From IMG/VR virus record IMGVR_UViG_2049941000_000100: a stretch of 20,000 nt of DNA, one strand, 5' to 3'. The notes below the pieces were generated by a model. That model searched no databases. It saw nothing but the letters and a program-made list of their open reading frames with translations, and was not told the origin of the DNA. The position numbers were made by a program, and so were the translations under genes. Origin of the DNA: an uncultured virus (IMG/VR IMGVR_UViG_2049941000_000100) (taxonomy: Duplodnaviria; Heunggongvirae; Uroviricota; Caudoviricetes). Below, piece after piece: positions 8,779 through 15,469 of the stretch (position 1 is the first letter of the stretch; every line of letters begins with the position of its first letter).

Positions 8779-9669
8779 TCTCATAGAAATAAACCATTTA
8801 ACTAGAATAGTAAAGATTATGACTCTCTTTTTTATAGGGCAATTCGTAAATATGGGTTAGAAAATTTTGACTTTGAAATAATAGAAGAATGTAAAAAAGA
8901 AGAATTAAATGAAAAAGAAAGATATTGGATAAAATTTTATCATACCTATGCTGGTGATATTGATAATAACGGTTACAATTTAACTTTGGGTGGAGAAACA
9001 AATGCAGTAACGCAGCAATAGATAGATAATGCAGAAGAAATAAAACAATTATTATTAACTACTCAAATAACTTAGGTAGAAATAGGTAAAAAATTTGGCT
9101 TAAGTCATGCTTCAGTTAGTTATATTAATAATGGAAGAGCTTGGCATGATGATAATTTAATTTATCCATTGAGAGAGCCCGTTGGAGTTACTCCTAAGGA
9201 AATTAGAGAAAAAGAATGTTTTTGTGTTGATTGTGGAAAATAGATAACTAATAAAGCTAAACGTTGTTATGAATGTAATTTATTATATTTAAAAGAAAAG
9301 AACCGAAAATAGCCTCCGGTCACAAGGGATGAATTAGAAAAACTTCTTTTACAAAATAATGGTAATTTTGTAGAAGTAGGTAAAGTTTTTAATTTAACAG
9401 ATAATGCTATTCGTAAATGGTGTGACAAGTTCGGTCTATCAAGACATTCTAATGATTATAAAGAGAAAAAAGAAAAACCTAAGAAATCTTTTGAAATTAA
9501 ANNNNNNNNNNATATTAACACCGGAGAAGAGTTAAAAGAATTTGCTAATTCAGAATAGGCAGGCGCGTATCTAGGAAAAACTTCTGGCACGCATATTCGA
9601 GAAGCGGCCGCAGGAAAAAGAAAAACTGCATATGGATATAAATGGAAATTTAAAAATGTGGCGGAGTAA
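8779..9669 (+). CDS. GIY-YIG homing endonuclease with Zn-finger/HTH/NUMOD1-like tail (N-terminus in gap)
   Basis: FYRAIRKYGLENFDFEIIEEC...LNEKERYWI...NGYNLTLGGE, CVDC..CYEC, RKTAYGYKWKF. Several TAG=Q. The stop lies inside tRNA-Val. Confidence 0.85.
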
Positions 9670-9734
9670 CTCAAAAGGAGAGTGCCATCTTTACACGGTG
9701 GAAGTTGAGATTGCAAAATTCTCCTCCGCTACCA
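9660..9734 (+). tRNA. tRNA-Val(TAC)
   Basis: GGCGGAG/CTCCGCT-A-CCA; CCATC-TT-TAC-AC-GGTGG; atypical T-loop. Confidence 0.8.
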
Positions 9735-9827
9735 GGGGAGCGAGAGAAGCTAGCTTATTAGTACCATATGCTACGATAAGTTGGTGAAACAATAGTCTAG
9801 ATGATATCTCGTAAGAACTCCCTACCA
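9735..9827 (+). ncRNA. Unclassified structured RNA ending in ACCA
   Basis: GGGGAG/CTCCCT terminal helix plus ACCA; CGAGA/TCTCG; GCTAGCTTAT/ATAAGTTGGT. Confidence 0.5.
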
Positions 9828-9828
9828 A

Positions 9829-9902
9829 TGGGACCTAGTATAAAGGTAGTACTTCTGTCTCCAAAACAGAAAGTCTCCGTTCGAGTCGGAGGGTTCCGGC
9901 CA
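9829..9902 (+). tRNA. tRNA-Trp(CCA)
   Basis: TCTGT-CT-CCA-AA-ACAGA; CTCCG-TTCGAGT-CGGAG; G-CCA end. Confidence 0.9.
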
Positions 9903-9910
9903 TTAATTTT

Positions 9911-10020
9911 TAGACGCGTGAACAGCGAATTTAGGATGAATAGCTTAACGGTTTAAGCATCTATTATTTAATAGAAGACTGTCGGTTCAAATCCGGCTTT
10001 ACCCGCACATTTGCGTCTAG
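9911..10020 (+). ncRNA. Y-like RNA, copy B (tRNA mimic inside a closing helix)
   Basis: TAGACGC..ACAGCGAAT-[D arm, 4-nt-loop hairpin, T arm GTCGG-TTCAAAT-CCGGC]-GCGTCTAG. Confidence 0.7.
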
Positions 10021-10037
10021 TATATAAGGAGAATTCT

Positions 10038-10214
10038 ATGGAAAGTAATAATATAGAATTTGTAAATTTAAATCTTTATTACGAAAAACTTAAAGAGTGC
10101 GAGTAGTGCGCGCTCTTTTATTTAGAATGTAGAGGGCCTACGGTTATAGAACCATTTTGCCCTAAACAGAATGGATTTATTCCTATATAGGGAGTAATAG
10201 AATAGGGATTTTAA
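10038..10214 (+). CDS. Small Cys-containing hypothetical protein, 58 aa (3 TAG)
   Basis: AAGGAG RBS; CEQC motif; ends at TAA. Confidence 0.6.
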
Positions 10215-10233
10215 AATTTAGGATTTTTAAATC

Positions 10234-10262
10234 TTGAAATTTTTTTAAAATTCTGATATAAT
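10234..10262 (+). promoter_or_regulatory. Sigma-A/70 promoter
   Basis: TTGAAA-N17-TATAAT with TGn. Confidence 0.8.
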
Positions 10263-10290
10263 ATTTATAGAAAGTTAAGAGAAAAACTTT

Positions 10291-10499
10291 TTGAGCTGGC
10301 CAGCACCGCGCTGCAGAAAGCTCGTTAAACACGGGGCTGCGGTAAAGCGTTAACACGAGGTTTTATGGTTTGAACTAGGGTATTTTACCCCATGCGGAAA
10401 ACGCTATAGAAAGAAGCGAAGGGAAACCATAAACTGGATACAGACCCAGTATAAAAAGGTGTCGCGCTAATAGACCGCAAGTTCGCAATAGTCTATTAC
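10291..10499 (+). ncRNA. Unclassified structured RNA or leader
   Basis: No ORF; helices GAGCT/AGCTC, ACCGC/GCGGT (crossing), TTTATGGTTT/AAACCATAAA and TAATAGAC/GTCTATTA. Confidence 0.45.
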
Positions 10500-10501
10500 T
10501 T

Positions 10502-10664
10502 GGGAATGTAGCTCAGCCCGGTAGAGCCCGCGCCTGTAGTAAATTGGTGTAATAGCGCACATTGGGGCCGGTGATTCGTTCACAGTCCCGAAGGAACAAG
10601 TGCAATTCTTGTATTTACTTCCATAAGCGCGTTGTCGTAGGATCGAAGCCTACCGTTCCCGCCA
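10502..10664 (+). tRNA. tRNA-CAT (Met or Ile2) with an 86-nt tRNA-shaped insert after U33
   Basis: GGGAATG/CGTTCCC-G-CCA; CGCGC-CT-[10536-10621]-CAT-AA-GCGCG. Confidence 0.8.
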
Positions 10665-10732
10665 TAGGGCGCTCGCATTTATTGGTCTCTTTGATTTGCG
10701 CCCATTCATAAAAGAGCAAATGTAGACCACAA

Positions 10733-10857
10733 TAGATACGTACAGCAAATATATTCATTCGATCTGCAAAATCGCGTGTCGTGGGTTCAAATCCCATCGG
10801 AACTTTCGAGTTCTGTAACTCAGTCTGGTAGAGTAGTATATGAAAAAACGTATCTAG
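10733..10857 (+). ncRNA. Y-like RNA, copy C (circularly permuted tRNA, YrlA-like)
   Basis: TAGATACGT-ACAGCAAAT...anticodon-like arm, T arm, UUCG-capped acceptor stem, D arm...ACGTATCTAG. Confidence 0.8.
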
Positions 10858-10991
10858 AAAATTTTATAGGGAGTAGAGTAACGGCACCCCTAATTAATAG
10901 ACTTATCACCTATTTAATTAAAGGCTCTAATATTATAAGTAGTATGGAGTGATAACCAGAACAATGTAATATTATCCATACCGTGAAACCT

Positions 10992-11069
10992 CGGGATGTA
11001 GGGTAAGAGGCAACCCGCCTGTTTTGGGGACAGGAGATTTTGCTACTTCGAGTGTAGTCGTCCCGACCA
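10992..11069 (+). tRNA. tRNA-Pro(TGG)
   Basis: CGGGATG/CGTCCCG-A-CCA; CCTGT-TT-TGG-GG-ACAGG. Confidence 0.9.
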
Positions 11070-11133
11070 ATTTGGAACCCAAGACTATAATTATGACTAA
11101 ATTATTATAGTCTATTTTATTANNNNNNNNNNA

Positions 11134-11610
11134 AGATTACATTGTAACGAGTGTGGATACGAATGGGAAACGAGGCCGACTTAGGTGATTTATCCAGATT
11201 ATGAACACTCTTGTCCTAATTGCAAGTTTGAAAGTACTGGGATAATAGTAACTTGTGCTTATTGTGGAAAAGAAATAAGAAGAACTAACCACGCAATAAA
11301 TAAAAATTAGAGCGGTTATTATTATTGTAGTCGTGAATGTGGTAATCGACATAAAAATATGCTTCGTAAGCAAAGTGGTGAATGGGACCAGTCTTTAAAT
11401 TATCGACTACGCGCATTTGAAAATTTAGAACACAGGTGCGTTGTTTGTGGATGGGATGAGGATGAAAGAATTTTGGAAGTCCATCATAAAGATGAGGATA
11501 GAGCTAATAATGATTTATCTAATTTAGTAATTTTATGTCCGACCTGTCATAGAAAAATTACTTTAGGTTATTATTTGTTAACTGAAGATTATCAGTTAAT
11601 AGAGAAATAA
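11134..11610 (+). CDS. HNH endonuclease with N-terminal Zn ribbons (start in gap; 2 TAG)
   Basis: CNECGYEW..CPNC..CAYCG..YCSREC, then CVVCGW..LEVHHKDEDRANNDLSNLVILCPTCH. Confidence 0.85.
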
Positions 11611-11622
11611 AGGATAAAATTT

Positions 11623-12069
11623 ATGCCTCAATCAAAAATAAATGTTAAAGAACTTAGAAAATTAAAAGGAACTAAATGTTGTAATTGTGGTGATGAATGC
11701 GGTGATAATATTATTTTTCATCATATTATACCTATAAGTATAGGTGGGAATGATATTGAAAGTAATATTGTACCATTATGTACTTTATGCCATAATTTAT
11801 TACATGGAATTAGCAAAGATGGAAAAATTTCTCATTCAGAATTAACCAAAAGAGGAATTGAACGTGCAAGAGCCGAAGGAAAACAGATTGGTGGCGTTAA
11901 GGGTTCAACTTATAATGTGAAGAAAAAGGAAAAAGCTATAGAAATAATTAAAAAATATTCTATTACTTTTGGTGGTCCTTTAAATAATTTAGAATGTATG
12001 CAAATGGCAGACATTTCTAACGGAACTTTTTATAAATATCTTAGAGAATTAAAAAAGGATTAGAAATAA
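11623..12069 (+). CDS. HNH endonuclease with a C-terminal resolvase-like helix/HTH
   Basis: CCNCG..FHHIIPISIGGNDIESNIVPLCTLCHNLLH; TKRGIERARAEGKQIG; ISNGTFYKY. Under code 15 it ends at TAA 12067-12069. Confidence 0.85.
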
Positions 12070-12129
12070 TCGTACTAAAAACTCCTAAACCTTTGCGGGT
12101 AGTATAGGCTAAATCCGCCTCCTTTTTAT

Positions 12130-12205
12130 GCGCCCGTAGCTCAGTGGATAGAGCAAGGGCCTTCTAAGCCCTGTGTCGTGCGTTCGAGTCGCACCGGGCG
12201 TGCCA
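12130..12205 (+). tRNA. tRNA-Arg(TCT)
   Basis: Canonical cloverleaf; AGGGC-CT-TCT-AA-GCCCT; CCA end. Confidence 0.95.
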
Positions 12206-12237
12206 ACGTATTAAAAGAAAGGATATAGGATATTTAT

Positions 12238-12324
12238 GGGTAGATATGCCTAGTAGCGAGGGCCCGTGACTGTAAATCACGTACACAAGAAACATCGATG
12301 GTGCAATTCCATCTCTGCCCACCA
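12238..12324 (+). tRNA. tRNA-Tyr(GTA)
   Basis: CGTGA-CT-GTA-AA-TCACG; long variable arm; A-CCA end. Confidence 0.9.
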
Positions 12325-12393
12325 TTAGTAAATAGTAAACTAAAAAGTGTCTGAACAAAAGCCAAATAGAGTGAGGTTTATTATTTACTCTTT

Positions 12394-12465
12394 CCGCTAT
12401 TCGTATAACAGTAGTACGTCAGGCCTCCAACCTGAGAGCGCGAGGGCGGCACTCGCATGGCGGTC
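12394..12465 (+). tRNA. tRNA-Gly(TCC), atypical, no encoded CCA
   Basis: CCGCTAT/ATGGCGG-T; TCAGG-CC-TCC-AA-CCTGA; T arm GCGAG-GGCGGCA-CTCGC. Confidence 0.7.
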
Positions 12466-12515
12466 GGTTACAAGAACCAGCCTTCTCGTGGCGTAACTGT
12501 TTTAACTAATGGTTC
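12466..12515 (+). ncRNA. Minimal HDV-like (theta) self-cleaving ribozyme
   Basis: P1 GGTTAC/GTAACT with G1-U wobble, P2 GAACCA/TGGTTC, P3 GCC/GGC, L3 TTCTCGT, J4/2 CTAA. It abuts the tRNA 3' end. Confidence 0.85.
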
Positions 12516-12573
12516 AAATTTTTAAAAATGGTCCAAATTTTTATACTCTTTTTATTANNNNNNNNNNTTTTTT

Positions 12574-13292
12574 ATGATAGGAATTTATAAAATAGAGAAC
12601 TTAGTAAATCATAAATTATATGTTGGGCAAAGTATTGACATAGAAGAAAGATATAAATAGCATATTTATAAAGCTTTTAATAATAATGAACGAGCATACA
12701 ATTCAGCAATTCACCAAGCTTTTAGAAAATATGGAATCGAAAATTTTAAATTAGAAGTGATTGAATAGTGTAATATTGATGAATTAGATGAAAAAGAGAT
12801 ATATTGGATTAAATAGTTAGATACTATTTCTCCTAATGGATATAATATATCATTAGGCGGCCAATTTAATAAAGCTTCTAATAAAAGATTTTGTCCCTTA
12901 TGCGGTGAAGTTATGACTAAAGGAGCAGATTTGTGCTTAAATTGCTATTTAAAAGAAAAGTCTAAACATCTACCAAGCGCTGAAGAATTAAAAGAAAAAT
13001 TAATAGAATATAATGGTAATTTTACTCAAGTTGGTAAATTATATGGCGTAATAGATAATTCAGTTAGAAAGTGGTGTAAAAAATACGGTATGCCGTATCA
13101 TAGTAGCGATTATAAAGTAAAGCCACAAAAAAAACCAAATAAAATTCCAGTAGATTAGTTAGATCCAAATACCGGAGATATAATCCAAACTTTTGAAAGT
13201 GCTAATGCTGCTGCGCACTCTTTGGGGAAAAACCGTGGTAGTCATATAACAGAAGCATGTCAAGGAAAATTTAATATTATTTATGGATATAG
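12574..13292 (+). CDS. GIY-YIG homing endonuclease (3' end in gap; 4 TAG)
   Basis: MIGIYKIENLVNHKLYVGQSIDIEERYKQH...RKYGIENF...NGYN, CPLC..CLNC, HTH and NUMOD1-like tail. Paralogous to 8779-9669. Confidence 0.9.
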
Positions 13293-13307
13293 NNNNNNNN
13301 NNTAATT

Positions 13308-13336
13308 TTGACTTTTTCTTAAATTTTTGGTATAAT
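13308..13336 (+). promoter_or_regulatory. Sigma-A/70 promoter
   Basis: TTGACT-N17-TATAAT with TGn. Confidence 0.8.
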
Positions 13337-13369
13337 ATATATAGAAAATGAGAAAGGGATAAAAAAAAT

Positions 13370-13558
13370 ATGGCTAAAAGATTTCCTGAAGTTGGCGATG
13401 CAATCCATATTTATCATATGTTCGGAGAGTCTGAATATAATGATACAGAAGGTGTTGTAACTCGTATCGATGATATGGGACAAATTCACGGGACTTGGGG
13501 CGGTCTTGCTCTTGTACCTGGTGATGATTACGAAATCATCGAAGAAGATGAACTATAA
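13370..13558 (+). CDS. DUF4314-like small protein
   Basis: GVVTRIDDMGQIHGTWGGLALVPGDD matches the DUF4314 pattern as I recall it. Confidence 0.75.
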   Translation: MAKRFPEVGDAIHIYHMFGESEYNDTEGVVTRIDDMGQIHGTWGGLALVPGDDYEIIEEDEL

Positions 13559-13595
13559 TATATATATAGAAAGTTAAGAGAAAGGGAAAAGTAAT

Positions 13596-13829
13596 ATGAG
13601 TCATTACTATACTAAAGAGAAGTCTTACGAAGAAGAACTCGAATGGTATCGTAGTCGCATAGAGTTTTATCGTGCGCGGTGGGATAAGTGTTGTAGGCTC
13701 GATAAAGAGTATTGTAACTATCTTGAGCGCTGGTTTAGTAATGATAGGTGTGATGGTGCGCCGGACTACGAAACAAGAGTTTTGTGGAAGCGTTTGCCGA
13801 TGGCTTATAATACTTATTGCTTTGAATAA
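13596..13829 (+). CDS. Hypothetical protein, 77 aa
   Basis: ORF with a purine-rich leader similar to that of the preceding gene. Confidence 0.65.
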   Translation: MSHYYTKEKSYEEELEWYRSRIEFYRARWDKCCRLDKEYCNYLERWFSNDRCDGAPDYETRVLWKRLPMAYNTYCFE

Positions 13830-13833
13830 TTTT

Positions 13834-13922
13834 GGCTTCGTGGCTGAGAGGTCGATAGCGGCGCCCTGCTAAGGCGTTGAAGGCTTTGCTTTCCGGTAGT
13901 TCGAATCTACCCGAAGTCGCCA
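13834..13922 (+). tRNA. tRNA-Ser(GCT)
   Basis: GCGCC-CT-GCT-AA-GGCGT; long variable arm; G-CCA end. Confidence 0.92.
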
Positions 13923-13924
13923 AT

Positions 13925-13999
13925 GGTCCCTTCGTCTAATGGCAAGGACGCAAGATTTTCATTCTTGCAATATGGGTTCGACTCCCGTAGGGGCTACCA
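13925..13999 (+). tRNA. tRNA-Glu(TTC)
   Basis: CAAGA-TT-TTC-AT-TCTTG; GTTCGA T-loop; CCA end. Confidence 0.92.
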
Positions 14000-14007
14000 T
14001 AATTTAT

Positions 14008-14083
14008 GCCAAAGTAGCTCAGTTGGTAGAGCAGCGCACTTGTAATGCGCAGGTCAAGAGTCCGAGTCTCTTCTTTGGCTCCA
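14008..14083 (+). tRNA. tRNA-Thr(TGT)
   Basis: GCCAAAG/CTTTGGC-T-CCA; GCGCA-CT-TGT-AA-TGCGC. Confidence 0.95.
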
Positions 14084-14084
14084 A

Positions 14085-14470
14085 AGTCTGCGGGACTATA
14101 AGCCGCTACCAGGACTATAAGAAATTATAGGTTGGTACTTCCTTAGATAAGATAATAAACTAAGGCGGTCGCGTCGAAACAGCGTATAGTATGGGTGAGC
14201 TTATTTAACTATTTTGGGAACGATTAATAGTTAGAATTATCCGGCAAAACTACTTAGCCCATAATAAGTAGACCCGTTTAAAGAGAAAGGATAATTCCGT
14301 TTTGTACGCAGAGGATTTTATCGTATTAAACCAAGGAGTGGATAGGCGGTAAAAACGCGGTAAGGAGTGGCTGATAGACCAACTTATGGAAGTGTTGAGG
14401 TTTCAGAGGTAGGGAAGATTGGTAATTTCTTTCTGCGTAAAAAATGTATGTAAAGCGACAGGACGCTTTA
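14085..14470 (+). ncRNA. Candidate ~385-nt structured ncRNA
   Basis: No credible ORF; helices CCTTAG/CTAAGG, TAACTATT/AATAGTTA, GAATTATCC/GGATAATTC, TACGCAGA/TCTGCGTA and TAAAGCG/CGCTTTA. Confidence 0.5.
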
Positions 14471-14502
14471 TAATATATATTTATGGAGGATAGGAACTCT
14501 AT

Positions 14503-14826
14503 ATGAAGAAGTTGTATTGTAACTAGTATACGGATGAAATATTCGATACTGAAGAGAAGGCATTAGCTTCTGAGCAGAAGTATCTTGAAGCACAGGAAGC
14601 TAAGAAAAAGGCTGAAGCTGAGCGGAAGGCGGCGATTGAGAAGAAAAATTCTGAACGTGCGGCGAAGGCTAAGGAAGTCGAAGAGGCTCTCAAGGCGTAT
14701 AATGAAGCGCGCAAGAATTACCAGCAGAAACTCGGTGAGTTTTGCCGGACATATGGTGCTTTTCATACTTCGATTAAGGACGTAAATCCTTTAGACTTAG
14801 TAGACGCTATGTTTGACCTTATGTAA
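14503..14826 (+). CDS. Coiled-coil hypothetical protein, 107 aa (1 TAG at codon 8)
   Basis: MKKLYCNQYTDEIFDTEEKALASEQK...EFCRTYGAFHTSI.... Missing from the ORF track because of the TAG. Confidence 0.8.
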
Positions 14827-14835
14827 TCTGTATAC

Positions 14836-15010
14836 GGGCGATAGGCAAGGATTAAAAGCCGCGAAGAAAATAATGCGCAGGAAGGGAACACGAGGAGGAC
14901 CAACTCCGTGGCCAGGAATTTCGAAGTAGAATAAGTTGGAACTGGCTCTATGAAATAAGGTTGTGAAATCCTGATGCGATGCGGGAGATTGAAACGGCTC
15001 CCTCGCCCAA
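14836..15010 (+). ncRNA. tRNA-like RNA with a large internal domain
   Basis: GGGCGA/TCGCCC terminal helix, D-like arm GGC/GCC, T-like arm GGGAG/CTCCC, internal multi-hairpin domain. Confidence 0.5.
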
Positions 15011-15046
15011 TTCTAAATTTTATAGTTAAAATTTAAATTCTAAATT

Positions 15047-15075
15047 TTGACTTTTTTTAAAATCTATGATATAAT
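15047..15075 (+). promoter_or_regulatory. Sigma-A/70 promoter
   Basis: TTGACT-N17-TATAAT with TGn. Confidence 0.8.
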
Positions 15076-15433
15076 ATATATAGAAGATAAGAAAAGAGAA
15101 ANNNNNNNNNNNNNNNNNNNNNNNNNNNNNNNNNNNNNNNNNNNNNNNNNNNNNNNNNNNNNNNNNNNNNNNNNNNNNNNNNNNNNNNNNNNNNNNNNNN
15201 NNNNNNNNNNNNNNNNNNNNNNNNNNNNNNNNNNNNNNNNNNNNNNNNNNNNNNNNNNNNNNNNNNNNNNNNNNNNNNNNNNNNNNNNNNNNNNNNNNNN
15301 NNNNNNNNNNNNNNNNNNNNNNNNNNNNNNNNNNNNNAAATCCTCATAAAACAAGTTGAGGTTGGTACGGATTATGACGCGCAAAATCCCGTTTAAAAAA
15401 TCTCTCACCCTTAAATTTTAAGGCTTTAAAAAA

Positions 15434-15462
15434 TTGAAAGTTTCTAAAATTTATGGTATAAT
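15434..15462 (+). promoter_or_regulatory. Sigma-A/70 promoter driving the long non-coding region
   Basis: TTGAAA-N17-TATAAT with TGn. Confidence 0.8.
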
Positions 15463-15469
15463 ATTTATA

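Noticed and set aside
9735..9827. Hairpin ribozyme (AGAA, GAAACA and GTC words present)
   Set aside because: The required loop A and loop B helices could not be assembled.
10615..14130. Short ORFs over tRNAs (10615-10797, 12164-12358, 13735-13923, 13939-14130)
   Set aside because: They are translations of tRNA or ncRNA sequence.
14523..14785. Three overlapping short ORFs
   Set aside because: They are alternative frames of the code-15 gene 14503-14826.
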